A stretch of DNA of 62,044 bases, filler included, from Piptocephalis cylindrospora (Eukaryota): assembly GCA_003614145.1 (NCBI GenBank). It is 13 parts of 13 records of this genome, joined end to end, with 100 filler letters (N's around TTAATTAATTAA, not from the genome) between each part and the next. Parts side by side here need not be neighbours in the genome. Positions count along the whole stretch, not along the records: positions 43,107 to 47,775 come from KZ988492.1; positions 47,876 to 52,537 come from KZ988493.1; positions 52,638 to 57,296 come from KZ988494.1; positions 57,397 to 62,044 come from KZ988495.1; 9 more parts are not named here. One strand, 5' to 3'. The notes under the pieces were generated by a model that was not told the DNA's origin, did no database searches, and saw nothing but the letters and a program-made list of their open reading frames with translations. Made by a program: the position numbers and the translations under genes. Below are positions 46,926 to 59,496 of the stretch, one piece after another (position 1 is the first letter of the stretch; the number at the start of each line of letters is the position of its first letter).

Positions 46926-47775
46926 TTAACGAGAATCGGTACCCCACCGAATTTCAAACCACACGTAGGGCTTGTACTCATCCTCGGGTACGGCCCCGAC
47001 CGCCTCATCGTCCGTGGATGCCTGGACCTCAGCAAACTGTCTACCGAGGTTGGCGTAGTTCTTATCCAGCTTGAGCAGAGTCTTTGCCTCAAACTTGGGC
47101 TTAGGCTACATGGTAGGGGGGATGGGATGAGACGAGACGGATAGATCCCGGGACACACACGTTGATCCGAACTTACCATAATGGTTGCGCAGCAAAAGTC
47201 GGCGGGAAGCCCATACCGAAGGACGGATTCCACGTAGACACGCAGGGCCTTGAGGTGGATCCAGGCGACAAAGGCGTCACCAAAAGAGGCCTTGACCCAT
47301 TCGCTGAGCTGAAGCTGCATGGTTTCCTGGGCCGAGGTGGACTCGACGATGGCGGCGCGATCCTTCTCCATTTGCTCCTCGTCCCAGATAAAATCCCGAA
47401 CGGTGTATCGTTCCTCCCGGCACTTGGAAGTAAAGTCTGCCAGGGCTCTCTGGAAGATGGTAACGCCAAACAGCCCATATTCCGCATCCTCAGCCACCTT
47501 TTCTGCTGATCGGGGCACGACCATGGACGTGATGGTCTCGTATGAGGCGAGGAAATCTTTGTAAAGGGTTCTTGATGGGGAAGGGTGAGGGAAGAGGGTG
47601 AGGTTGGATGAAAGGCAAGGCGAGAAGGAGATGTGGGAACTTACTTGGGAACGGCGACAAAGACGGTGCGAAGATATTCGGAACCAAGGAGACAATTATC
47701 CTTTCGAACGACCTCAGAAAGGTCACGGACACTAAGGTTACCAGCCTGCTTCCTTTGCAGGGCCTGAACAGCCCC
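46926..47775 (-). CDS. VMA5: V-type ATPase V1 subunit C, 3' part
   Basis: RKQAGNLSVRDL, SEYLRTVFVAVPK, YETITSMVVPRS, WIHLKALRVYVESVLRYGLP, YKPYVWF. Introns 47571-47644 and 47106-47176. Confidence 0.93.
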
Positions 47776-47875
47776 NNNNNNNNNNNNNNNNNNNNNNNNN
47801 NNNNNNNNNNNNNNNNNNNTTAATTAATTAANNNNNNNNNNNNNNNNNNNNNNNNNNNNNNNNNNNNNNNNNNNN
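47776..47875. other. Artificial contig linker
   Basis: N44-TTAATTAATTAA-N44. Confidence 0.98.
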
Positions 47876-48102
47876 TGGCAACTCGGGGAGGAGATTGAGG
47901 CCGAGGCCGAATAGAGGGCTGGAGCGACGATACAATGCATGGTAGTTCAAATCAAGGAAGAAATGTTGTTATAAATATCAATTCAGTTCTTATGGGAAAA
48001 GTGAGAAAAAGGACAGCTCTTTTCACCAGTTCATACGAATAAGGGAGAGAATGGAGGAAGGGAGGGAGAGGATCAATAATAACAGGGGACACGATGAAAA
48101 AA

Positions 48103-48821
48103 TTATGAACAAGCATCCCCATCCCCGGATGGGGCAGGAGGAGGATTCCGAGCATGGGACATGATGGATTGCTGTAGCTTGATGTAGCTAGGCCCCCCGC
48201 CCGAGGAAAAGGCCGAGGAAAAAGGACCATCGGTAGCCGTGTGATGAGGATGGATGGATCGAGCACGGTAAAATTCGACGGCAACTTGACCCAAAAAAGT
48301 AGAAAGGACCTAATAGGAGGAGGGGGTGAGTAGAGCATCATTGAAGGGGGAAGGGTGGAATAACTTACAATGACAATGAAAAAGCCAAGGTGGAAACTCA
48401 TCAAAAGCAGCATGACCAAGTACCGTAAGATAATGGACAAAGCATAAAGGGAAGATCGAAGCATAATTCGACTCTTCGGTACGGGGTATCTACAAGGGAT
48501 GGGGATACGAGATGGTCAGGGAACAAGAACCGCGAGGATAAATGGGCGTGGGATCACGACGACCCCCAGACCACTTACGAATAGTGCACACCCTCAAGAA
48601 TGACCGTCAACGCTCTCTCGCCCCAGCAGAGTAGGGCAGTGGAAAAGTAAGCTAGGAACAAGGAACCAGGGCCGTGGATGGGGAAAGCCGAGCTTAGAAA
48701 GTACATGTGTGACCCAATGTCTGTGAGGATGTGGAAGGTGAGTATCTTCTAGGGTTGGGGACGGCTCCTACCAGTTGGCCCACACCCTCATACCATGATG
48801 AAAGTAGGGGGTGCTTTCCAT
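48103..48821 (-). CDS. Ctr-family copper transporter (4 exons, 165 aa)
   Basis: Exons 48821-48794, 48720-48579, 48489-48369, 48309-48103 are phase-consistent. MESTPYFHH..., 3 TM helices, RSSLY...YLVMLLLMSFHLGFFI with the MxxxM motif. Confidence 0.8.
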
Positions 48822-50186
48822 TATGGGAAGAAGAAAAAGCTGGTCGAACAGGGGAAAGAGGGTGAAGATGAGGATCAGAAGGGGGTAGGGAGGGGATAAG
48901 AGAGACAAGAGAGGGGCGAGGGAAACGGGCCGAAAATAGCGAGCGACAAGAAGAGCACTTGTCCCAATGACCGAGAACAAGGTCCGGGGGCTGGGTGGGG
49001 AGGGGAGATCTCCCACCTGTCCTTGAGACCTGAGGGGGGCAGCCGGCTTCGTGGTAAGGTGTGTGGGCATGCTTTCTCTCCCTCATGGATCCCGCACATC
49101 CTCTGCATGTGTCTCAAGGTGAGCTGTACTTCACTGCCTCACCTTCCGTTCTCTCCCCTGGTTCTTCCTGCTGTCCACGACTTCCCCACCCTTGAGCAGC
49201 TTAAGATGAACCAAATATTATTATTAGGTACGTATAATGAAAAGGACACACACCCAAGGAATGGCTCCTTCAGCTTGATCCCCCTCTCCCCCCCCTGTTC
49301 GTGTGGCTGGCAAGGTTTTACCATGAGGAAGATGCGCCAAGAGGAGACTCAAGTGATTTGTGAGCACGCTTGTTATTTTAAGGGCCGAGAGCCTGATGGC
49401 TACGCGCTGCGCACTATACTTGGCGGAGCAATTTCTCTCATTCATCCATAAAGGTAATAATAAGTGTGTGATCCTTGTTCCTTCATGACAAGGCCCTTGT
49501 CTCTGTAAAAACTCACTATAACCTACGTCAACAGTGTCGCTGTCATTCGGAGCAAATAGGAAAGAGCGAGGTGCTTTGAGTCCACCAAACTTAAATCACT
49601 ACTGCAAAACGCGTTATTACTCTTAGTCGTCTTGCATGCTCTATATCCTATAGCTTATCCAGGACGCTTATCCAATATCGCTATAGCGTGAATGGAGCGA
49701 CATCATTATTGGTCTGCCTGCTCATTACCTCATCTTCCAGAGAGAGACGGCTAGTAGTGGCGAAATATCAATGGGCCAATTTCCTCAGGTCAATTTCTTC
49801 TACTTTTTTTGCCGTATTTTATCCATATTTTGGGTTCAGCAACTCCGGCCCACCAGAATGATCCTGTTAATCAAACTCCGATCTTATTCATCCTAGCCGC
49901 TATAAAGTTTAGACTAGGCCGTTACAGCCCTTCCTGGTTAGTTTTTCTTCCTCTCTCCTCCTTCCTCCTCCGCCTCCCTCCACCTCTCCATCTCCCTCAC
50001 TTTCTCCAAAGACCTTCAACGACTCTAACCCAAACATTCAACGACATCTCACCCCCATCTGACACGACACTGCCGACACTCCCAAACGCTTTCTGTCCGC
50101 TCTTAGCTGTTTTTTTTCGACCGGCCCCACCCTGCCAACTCACTCTCTTCTCCCCGCCTCAACCTTCCCTCCTATCCAAACCTCAT

Positions 50187-51721
50187 ATGATGCCATCACT
50201 CCCTACGTTCCTCATTCTCCTCCCTCTCCTCCTACTCCTCCTCCTCTCCTCCTCCTCCCTGGCCGTGCCGACCCCCCTCTTCACCTCCCCCAGCGTCAAG
50301 ACCAGCTCCATGCTGGCCACCTCCTCTCAGGGAGGACGAGGGAAACACCATGAAGTGTGCGAGATATGTGGGAGTACCACCGCCTTTGACCTCAGCCCGT
50401 GCGTCACCGTAGAGTGCCAGCCTGAGCTGACGAGCCATGATAGCTATCCGTTTGCCCCGGTCGAAGCCACCGACAAGTCCCCTCCAGGGACTACCTACAC
50501 CACAACTACCATTCTTGCAGCGGACGATGGGGATCAGGCCTCTGTGGATCTTCTAGGAGGCTTTCTTTTCCAATGGGCCAAGCTCTACCAAGCCGCGGAC
50601 CTCAAGAGACCCCCTGTGGAGATTGTTGTCACGGCTAATGTTCTGGAGAAGTTCAAATCCAACTTTGTTCCAGGATCCGGGGCCATGTACTCTGCTGAGC
50701 CCAAGTACAGTGCCTCCCTCAAGCCTATCCCTGAAAAGATCACCTCCTACACCTTACAGCTGATTCTCCCCGATCGCAAAAAGGTTACCTTTAAGGTAGG
50801 TGTCCTGAAAAAGAAGAACATTTTGGATAAGGCCAAGGCCTCTGTCCAGGGCCTAGTTGGATCCAACAAAACTGCCTCCAACGCCACTGGGGGCGGTTCA
50901 GGGGCTGATGCCAGTGGAGCTGACGAGTCTGGTGGCAAGGATACTTCCAAGACTTCCCCCGCACCAAAGTCTGATCCTGCCCCCGCATCTGAGCCAGCTT
51001 CTGCTTCCCTCCCTGCCGCCCCTTCTCCAACAGCCCCTGCCGCTTTCCCGAACATGAGTACTATGATGCAGAATCCCTATATGATGAACTGGATGATGGC
51101 CATGATGATGGCCAATCAGGGCGCGAAATCTGGGGCTCTTCCCACTCCCCTACCCGCGAGCATCCCTGCCCCGGTCCCCACTCCCACCCCTACCCCCGTT
51201 GTCCCTTCGGCCATTCCTAGCATCCCGCCTATGTGGATGAACTCGATGATGATGTCCATGATGGCCATGACCGCCACCCCCACTCCTCCTATTGCCACGC
51301 CTCTTCCTACCAGCGCTGGAGAAGCTAAGGTTAAGGCCAAGACCACGGATACCCCTGCCTCCGCCAAGCCCACAGCTCCTCCCACGGATCCTGGGGAACC
51401 AAAGACTCCTTCTCCTGCCAAGGCCGAAGCGGTCAAGTCCCCTCCTTCCGACAGGGCCTCGCCCCTGGCACATGTCTCTGCCTCTGCTGATCACCCTCCT
51501 TCCCAAGCCGTCCCTACTCCTCGCCCATCCAAGGAGACTTCCGCGGCCCCCAAGCACATTCAATACCAGGCTCCACTCATGCCCAAGCCTCCTGTCGAGG
51601 ATAAGGTAAGCGAGCAGAGTGAGATGTGTCTTGTTCGTCGTTTCTTTCACTCATCTTTGTTTCGTGGATCCGATAGAAGCAGACATCAGAAGAGCCCACT
51701 TCCACCAAGGAGGACTCATGA
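50187..51721 (+). CDS. Secreted Pro/Ala/Ser-rich protein with an N-terminal Cys/His motif and Met clusters
   Basis: Signal peptide MMPSLPTFLILLPLLLLLLLSSSSLA; HHEVCEICG..PCVTVEC; MSTMMQNPYMMNWMMAMMM and MWMNSMMMSMMAM. Intron 51606-51676. Confidence 0.78.
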
Positions 51722-52275
51722 GGGTGAATGAGAGATGTAGTGTGTGTGTGTGTGCTTGTTTGCTGATGAGCTGGATGTTTATGGAAGACATCATATTGTC
51801 CTTTTTCTTACTTGGTGGCAGTCATCGACTCCCTCTTGTTCTAGCCTTTGAATTCAACAAAGCTTTCATTTATTACTAAATCGATTGATGCTTAATAACC
51901 TCCTCCCGGACCCCTTGTCTTTCCCACACACAAAGTATGACCTTTGCACATCGCAATCTACGTCAAAAGGATTGCTTCCTGACATACTCCTCCTAACTTC
52001 TCTCTATAGGTCCAGGATCGCCAAGGTAATGGTAGCCCTCATCAAGAGGGCAATCTGCACCCTGTTCCTCCGCGTTACCGACCTTCCTGGTCAAGTCGAT
52101 AGCTCCTCACAGGCGACATTCCAAGGGGGAATGATAAAAGAAGAAACAGCTGCCAAGTCATCCTCGTCCTGCTATTGCTCCTTCAAATCCCCCCTAGGAA
52201 TTCCCTATCGTCTATCCACGGCCACTATACACCCATCATACTTCTCCCATTTCTTCCCGTCCTTGTCTCATCACC

Positions 52276-52537
52276 ATGGACACACTTCAAGGGGTGCAAC
52301 TGGGGAGACGGATTGAGAGATCATTGGGTAGGTTCACTATTCCCTTCTTTCCCTCCCTCCCTTCCCCCTGAATTCATATCTTACCTCATACTTGGCCCAT
52401 TCTCTTCGTCCTTGCTCTCTAGATCGCTTTAAAGAGTACCCTCTCTCTCTTTTCTTCGGGGAAAATATGGAGAATACAGCATTCTGTCTCTATCCTGATC
52501 CTTCATCTCTCCTCCATCAAGGCCAACTTTTTAACTC
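52276..52537 (+). CDS. 5' fragment of an unknown spliced gene
   Basis: ACCATG start. A GTAGGT...CTAG intron joins in phase to MDTLQGVQLGRRIERSLDRFKEYPLSLFFGEN... Cut by the linker. Confidence 0.45.
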
Positions 52538-52637
52538 NNNNNNNNNNNNNNNNNNNNNNNNNNNNNNNNNNNNNNNNNNNNTTAATTAATTAANNNNNNN
52601 NNNNNNNNNNNNNNNNNNNNNNNNNNNNNNNNNNNNN
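52538..52637. other. Artificial contig linker
   Basis: N44-TTAATTAATTAA-N44. Confidence 0.98.
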
Positions 52638-53020
52638 AAAAGGGGGGAGGGGGGGAAAGGAGTGAAGAAGGGAAAAGAATAAACAGATAGGACAGGGCAA
52701 ATGAGAAAGGTCAAGGGAGATGGATCGGAGCAGACGCTCACACCTTTTTATCTCTGGCCCCCTCATCTACCCCCACCCACACAGAGAGATCCAGCATGTT
52801 TTGTCTTCACGAGCTGCAAGTCCGCTTGACACGTCCCTCACCATCATGAAAAGAGATTGCGGATCCCCTCTGCCCGACTTATCCAGCTTCAAGATTATTC
52901 ACAGTCTGAATGCACGAGGCTTGCAAGGTACCATTAAAGTAATCACCCTTACCCTCGCCATCCTATCTATTCTCTCTAGAGCCACTAAGGCGTTTCTCGT
53001 CGTCATTCCACTTATTTTCT

Positions 53021-54451
53021 TTAGGATCGGTAATCGGCATTGATACTAATGTACCCATGACTCAGATCACATGTCCAAACCCGAGCATCCTCCTTCCCAG
53101 CCCCGAGGGAGACACGGATGACAATGTCCTCTTGAGCCAGCATGGCCGAGGCCTTTTCCTCGTCGACCTGGGCAGGCTCGCCTTGATCCAGCAACCGGAG
53201 TTCACCCTGGTTAGAAGAGTTGGCGTTGGCGGGGAGAAAAGAGACAGACACGGCCTTTGGCGTCATGGGCACACCCGAAGCCCCAATGGAAGAGAGGATA
53301 CGACCCCAATTGGCATCCTGACCATACAGGGCCGTTTTGACAAGGGAAGAGGTGGCAATGGCCATAGCAGCCTTCTTGGCTTCCTTGAAGGTAGAGGCAT
53401 TCTAGTGAAGGCGGAGGGGTAAGTGGGGCTGCGCCGAATCCTTGTCCTAGATGGCACTTACGGTAACATGGACAGTGACAAATTTGGTGGCGCCTTCGCC
53501 GTCCCGGACGATCAGTTGGGCCAGTTCGGCGGAAAAATCGGTGAGTTGCTCCTGGAAAACGGGAAAGTCGGCCTGGGAGACATCGAGGGGATCCGAGGCA
53601 TCCTTGTTGGTCCAGGCAGCACCATTGGCCAGGATGGACAGGGTATCATTGGTGCTGGTGTCGCCGTCAACAGTGATGGCATTAAAAGATCGATCACAGG
53701 CATGGGACAGAGCCTTTTGAAGAGCGGCTGGGGAAATAGCGGCATCGGTGGCCATGATACCAAGCATGGTGGCCATGTTGGGATGAATCATCCCGGCGCC
53801 CTTGGCCATCCCAGCTAGCCGATAAGATCGGCCCGAGGGCAGGGTAAAAGTCCGGGCCCGGAGCTTAGGGAAGGTATCGGTAGTACGGATGGCTTCGGCG
53901 GCAGCAAGCCAAGCATCATGCCCTGTAGCCAGGGCCGAGGCAGCCTTGGGAATACCTTGGAGGATTCGGTCGATGGGGAGGTTTTGACCAATGACACCAG
54001 TGGACATGACGAGGGAGTGTGGGCTGGGGGCGGAGGGGTCCCATGCCATGGTACGATCAACTGTCTGGGCCATTTCCAGGGCATCGCGCTCTCCCTGGGT
54101 GCCAGTAACAGCGTTGGCGCAGCCTGAGTTCACCACGACGCCACGGACGCCTTGGCCGTTGTGAGCCCGAAGGACCTCCTTGCACTGGAGGACTGGGGCG
54201 GCGGCAAATACATTCTGGGTGAAGACAGCGGCAGCCGAGGTATCGGTTGTGTCCGAGACCAAAAGGGCCAAGTCGGCATCCGTGGTCTTTTTCACGCCGC
54301 AGTGTATGCCCGAGAGACGGAAGCCACGGGGATAATCTTCTTCTTTTCCTGGGAGGACGAGATGGGCCTTGGATGGGGTAGATGAGTAAGGACGAATGCC
54401 CTGAGTGACCGAGCTCGTGATGGAGCGAGCGCGCGACAAGAAGCGGAGCAT
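53021..54451 (-). CDS. ARG7: Mitochondrial ornithine acetyltransferase (ArgJ family)
   Basis: Presequence, [32 protein letters not shown] (autocleavage Thr), [29 protein letters not shown]. Intron 53402-53461. Confidence 0.96.
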
Positions 54452-54760
54452 ACTGGGTGATGGGCAAGGTGAGAGAGGAGGGAGAGGAAAAAAATGGATG
54501 GATGAGGATGCTGTGGAGGGAGGCGGAGCAAATCACTTTATTTTTTATTACAAGCCCGTAATGGTCACGATGTGGTGTAAAGATGTGCAATGTTTGATTT
54601 CTAGATCTTATCTCATTTTCATCTCAAGGATAAAGATGGGATGATATACGCGGCTCATCTAACAACAGGATGGAATACTCTGGACTGATTCCCTTTTTGT
54701 TCATATTAAATCATCTTTAAGAATGTAACGATACTTGGTGGGAAGTTGCATTGTGTCCTT

Positions 54761-55294
54761 TCATTCCTGCCCAGTTCCTTGGGTAACAGGTCCTCCAGCC
54801 TCCCTCCAGGCCTTCATACCACCACGAAGGCTTTGGACCCGGGTAAAGCCCATGCGCTGAAGGGTCTCTGCAGCAAGGACGCTTCGAAAGCCGCCAGCAC
54901 AGTAAATGACCAGGGGGGTGGATCGATCCAGGCCAATAGAGTCGACAGTGCCTTCAAGAACACCGCGGGGGATGGGGAGAGAGGTGGGGATTCGACCAGT
55001 AGCGTGTTCTGGGGTCTCACGCACATCGAGGATGACGGTTTTAGGCTGGCTCGAGTCCTTGTGGTTGGGATCAAGAAGGCCCATAAGGTCCTTTGCCTCT
55101 AGTTCCTGGATACGCGCGTCTTGCTTAACCTGCTCCACAAGTTCAGGGAAAGCTAGGTTCTTCTGTCTAGAGACCACGGGGCAGGTAGCGATGGAGGCGC
55201 GGAGGGAGGGAGAGACTAGGCTGGGACCCGTTCTTCTGATCAGAGGCACCATAGCCACTCGGGATAGGCGGGTGAATCGGGATAAGATGGACAT
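54761..55294 (-). CDS. Single-domain rhodanese (sulfurtransferase), probably mitochondrial
   Basis: R-rich presequence, ILDVRE, GRIP, PRGVLE, active-site loop YCAGGFRS, GGMKAW. Intronless. Confidence 0.88.
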   Translation of the reverse strand: MSILSRFTRLSRVAMVPLIRRTGPSLVSPSLRASIATCPVVSRQKNLAFPELVEQVKQDARIQELEAKDLMGLLDPNHKDSSQPKTVILDVRETPEHATGRIPTSLPIPRGVLEGTVDSIGLDRSTPLVIYCAGGFRSVLAAETLQRMGFTRVQSLRGGMKAWREAGGPVTQGTGQE

Positions 55295-55804
55295 GGTTTT
55301 AAGTTGGTGCGCAGGATAGGGATGAAGAGGGAGGATGCAGGAGATATGTGTGATAGAGGAAGGATGAGCGCGTCAGTGCGTGACCTTTCTATACTGCACT
55401 GAACTGCACAGAGGTGAGTGTAGGTCTGACGCGGTGTAGAGAACCTGATCCAGGACCAGTGCTCTTTTTATCCAAGTACCTTTTGCTATGAATACTTGTT
55501 CTTTCTTATTCGAATAAGCATGTATTTCATGTAATCCTTACGGGTTCGAAGGAAGATGTATTTACACTGATACCCCAGAGAACCGAACCAAGACACACTT
55601 CTAGAGGCGGATGTGCTAATGGCAGGTATGAGGCTTGACTGTGCATTGCGTCGCCACTCCGACCTCGGGACTTGGTGTCGCATTGACCGACCGTTGCTTT
55701 AGCCCCAGTGTGTCTCATGAAGATGGGACTGACGTGGCCCGCCCCTCTTTCCTCTTTCCCTATCCTCCCCCACCACCTTCCCCCCTCCTTTCATCTGATT
55801 CAGT

Positions 55805-56497
55805 ATGCGTGATTCCACCCGATCCAACATCTCCAATTACCTCCTCGGTCCTAAAAGTGCCCTTGTAACCGCGGGAGTAGCCGCTCCCGTGGTGGTTCTA
55901 CTGCACCTTCGATGTTTTTCCCAGGCCCCATGCACCTCGTTGGTCCTGCAATTTTCCTCTTTAAATTCTTTCTGGTGCGTATTCATGTCATTTTCCATTC
56001 ACCTTGCCTCTTTCCTATCCAGCTCACCACCCTTCTCCCTATCTCTACATAGGCTAGGAATGACATCGGCCATCTCGTTGATGGAAGCGCCCGTGAAATT
56101 CACAGCGCCTACTCCATCCGTCTCACATATCCTAGATGTCGGTCGACATGTGTTTTCGGCTTTACATCACGCAGAGATCGTTCTGTCCCTCCTGTCCCTC
56201 AGTATCGCCACAACCCTGGAGAGGCGTGGGTGCATCCTCTGGCAATCTTGGTCGACGCTGGCCAAGGTGTCTGCTTGGCTTCCCCCGATCATTGTCCTTA
56301 CCCAGGGTCTGTTCCTATGGCCGACCTTGAGGGAGGCAGTGGAGGCACGGGTCCAAGGTCGGCCGTCTACCAGTAAGGGCGTGGCCATCCACCAAACCTA
56401 TACTGGAACCGAGCTCCTCAAGATTCTTTCCTTGGCCATCACGGGGCTTCAATTGAGTCGTCAGGCTGGCCGGATCTTTACTTTTGGATCTGTTTAG
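55805..56497 (+). CDS. Membrane protein, DUF4149-like
   Basis: Removing in-frame intron 55975-56052 gives FWLGMTSAISLMEAPVKF..P...LDVGRHVFSAL..AE...LWPTL...HQTY...ELLK. Confidence 0.65.
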   Translation: MRDSTRSNISNYLLGPKSALVTAGVAAPVVVLLHLRCFSQAPCTSLVLQFSSLNSFWCVFMSFSIHLASFLSSSPPFSLSLHRLGMTSAISLMEAPVKFTAPTPSVSHILDVGRHVFSALHHAEIVLSLLSLSIATTLERRGCILWQSWSTLAKVSAWLPPIIVLTQGLFLWPTLREAVEARVQGRPSTSKGVAIHQTYTGTELLKILSLAITGLQLSRQAGRIFTFGSV

Positions 56498-57108
56498 TCA
56501 CGGCGAGACTTTTACTTTCTTTTTTTTTTCAAGAGGGTGAGGGGGATATGTGTTATTCAAGCTCACCTACCGGATCACCTTGAGCAACAGCCAAGTGAAT
56601 ACCCTCAGCCCACCCCAATGGACTATGTCTATTGTTACTCGACTAGACCAGATCGCGACACGTACACTCGTCCATGCTCAAACGCTTGGTCTCTTTTCAA
56701 TCACTATTCCATCTTTACTAATACCACTACTACTAATAATAGTAGTACTGGTGGTAGTAGAATGCCTTATTTTCTTTCTTCCAGGCATGTGAGCCCTGTT
56801 AAATCCTACGACCCTCCCTATCACCACCAGCGACAAGCATTTGCACAGACTTTTCCAATTATCTATACAAATTTCATTCAGTTTCCGAGACCTTCTCCAT
56901 GATTGCCTAAAAATTCACTATCATTTCACAGAGACCAGGCTCTCGCACTCATCCCCCACAGGCTTAGCTTAACCTTTGAGTGTGGGCTGCCAAGAACGAA
57001 ATACGCCCTTTCTCGCCCGGTCCCTCTCTTCTTTTCTCTTCCTCCCTCCCTCCTTTCCTCTCTTTCTCTCTCTCTCTCTCTCTCACACCCAATCCATCCT
57101 TACTCGAC

Positions 57109-57296
57109 ATGGTAATGCTAAGATATCCTTTCGTTCAGTCACCTCCTGCTCTCTCACGCCGGGATATGCTCGACACCACGTACAGCCTCTTCCTAGCCAC
57201 CTACTCGCACTCACCCCCCCCCCCCCCCCCAACCTCCCTCTCTCCCTCATCCATATAGGCTTCTTACGTAACTGAACAGGATCCTGAAAACGGCTA
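57109..57296 (+). CDS. Possible gene start (ATG-only first exon)
   Basis: CT-rich leader, ATG, intron 57112-57258 (GTAATG...TAG), then ASYVTEQDPENG. Cut by the linker. Confidence 0.35.
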
Positions 57297-57396
57297 NNNN
57301 NNNNNNNNNNNNNNNNNNNNNNNNNNNNNNNNNNNNNNNNTTAATTAATTAANNNNNNNNNNNNNNNNNNNNNNNNNNNNNNNNNNNNNNNNNNNN
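57297..57396. other. Artificial contig linker
   Basis: N44-TTAATTAATTAA-N44. Confidence 0.98.
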
Positions 57397-58352
57397 TGCC
57401 AATGGGAGCGGGATGCTTTGATATGGAAGGGAGAGGGGGATATTACCTGGATAAGGCTGTGGACGAGCTGAATCGCATTGCTCATCCCCTCATCCTATCA
57501 TCCAGTGATCCCTCAGTTCTTCCGCATTAGTGCGAGATGATGTTCTAGGGATATCATTTTTTCAAGTCAATAGCGAGGTTGTGTTGATATAAGTAGTACT
57601 CTCCTAGCCTGCTAAGATGGAAATAAAATACTCCAAAAAAGCCGTTCAAATTTGAAGGATGATAGGTTCAAGCATATCCTAAGCTTCCCGGACCTGCCCT
57701 AAGGACCTGTGTGGTGATAGAAGCCCCTCTGAATGAAGATGAAGGGCGGATACCTAGATTGCGCATGTACTTCTCTTTGCAGGATACACTTCAGGGATGA
57801 TATCCCTCGTACTATGCGTCCTGGTCCTACGAGAAGTACAGTGTTTAGACATCCTAGTCTACTTCACCTGGGGAATAGATCGCCGTTTTGACCATCATCT
57901 AAATTGTATAGGGGTTATACAACAAGGATCAGGAGCTTATCTTCAATATCGAGCTTTCTTTTGACATTCAGATATACGCTGCAGAAAACTGTCATTTTAG
58001 GTATTGCAAAAAATTAAAATGTCTACCGATCTATAATGATGCAATGTGGAAGGCATGCTATGTATTGATCATTATTTCTTTTGATTGGGGCAATGACAAT
58101 GACAATGGCGATGATGATGATAACAATAATGAAACCCATTATGGATTTCCCAGGTAGGATGGGTGGATTTTACAACATTGAGCTGAGCTAGCCAAACGAT
58201 TTGGATGGAATTTCGTGGAATACCTTACAGCTGCTCCTCAAATCACCCTACTTTCTTTAAGCGTCGTGTTTATCCTTCAGCTTTATTGTGCCATCTTCAG
58301 AATACTAGCTTCTGCTGTTTATCTCATTTCATCTGCTTAATCCACCTCAGAA

Positions 58353-59092
58353 ATGTCTACTGCTTCCGCCCGGGTAAAGACCACCCTGTACATTGGTAGG
58401 CATTTCCCCTGTCATTTTGATCACTTCCCTCTTGCTGGCTGATAAACTCCTCCCACCCAATGTAGGAGGATTGACCCCGGAAGTGACGACGGACGTACTC
58501 TACGCGGCCTTTGCGCCCTTTGGTGAGGTGGTCGAGTGCACTGTCCCTGGCCAAACGGAGAAGCGTGAGTGCATACTTTGCTCAAGGACATGTGCCTGGA
58601 TAGGATAAGGTCGTCTCATATTTCCTATCATCCCATCCCATTCATCTCTCCAGGATCGGTAGAGGGACATGCTACAAACTCGGCCAAAGGGTACGGGTTT
58701 GTTCAGTACGCCGAGGAGATGGATGCAGAGGCAGCAGTGGATAATATGCATTTAAGCGAGCTATTTGGCCGGACCATCCGGGTTAGCTTGGCCAAGCCCA
58801 CCCAACGAATGGAGTCTGGAGGATTTGCCAAACATGCTGGTAAGGGAGGAATAAAGGCAGTGAGGACGGGAGAGGAGGGTGGGTGGATTGTACTAGACTT
58901 ACTCGTCCATCTCTAGTATGGAATACGGCTGGACATGAGGGCTATGGCGGCATGGACTCGACCGACGAAAAGAGCCAGGCCGTTGAGGTTCGTGTTGCTG
59001 GAGAACCCACCAAGACAGAGGCATCCCAGGAGGAGAAGAAGCCCATGACGGCTCTGGATCAATTGCGGTCAGCTCAGAAGGAGTCTTCCTAA
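58353..59092 (+). CDS. RRM protein resembling the cyclophilin E (PPIE/CYP33) RRM, without a PPIase domain
   Basis: Four exons (introns 58396-58465, 58565-58653, 58840-58916): TLYIGGL...LYAAFAPFGE...KGYGFVQY...DAEAAVDNMHLSELFGRTIRVSLAKP...AVW. Confidence 0.85.
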
Positions 59093-59496
59093 TAAGGGTG
59101 GAACGATGCATGGGAGAGAGAGATCGTGTGTGTCATAGATGCTTAGTTTTACTCATCGATTGGCTTGGATGGAGCAAAAGGATAAACCATTGACTATGGA
59201 TTCCCTCTCTCCCAAGTGGTTCCGGCGCAGTGAAGCCGATACGTACACACTATTCCCCGAAAAGGCTAATCCTCTGTCTCTCGCTTCGCTTTACTATAAA
59301 AGCTAGAGGTTCACATACCGGTCAACATCTCTGTCTCCATCTCTTTCTCCTTCCTTTCTCCACACACATGCGAAGAAAAAGTATGGGAACTAGTACCCTG
59401 GGTTACATTGAATGGGAGGGAGCAGGAGGAAGAAAAGAAAGAAGAAGAAGAGAGAGAAGAAAGGATCAAAACACCGACGTTTTCCTCCGTGCGGGT

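Noticed and set aside
4791..57352. Regularly spaced TTAATTAATTAA repeats as a CRISPR-like array or biological repeat
   Set aside because: Always embedded in exactly 44+44 N. It is a synthetic joiner, the spacing is kilobases, and there are no cas genes.
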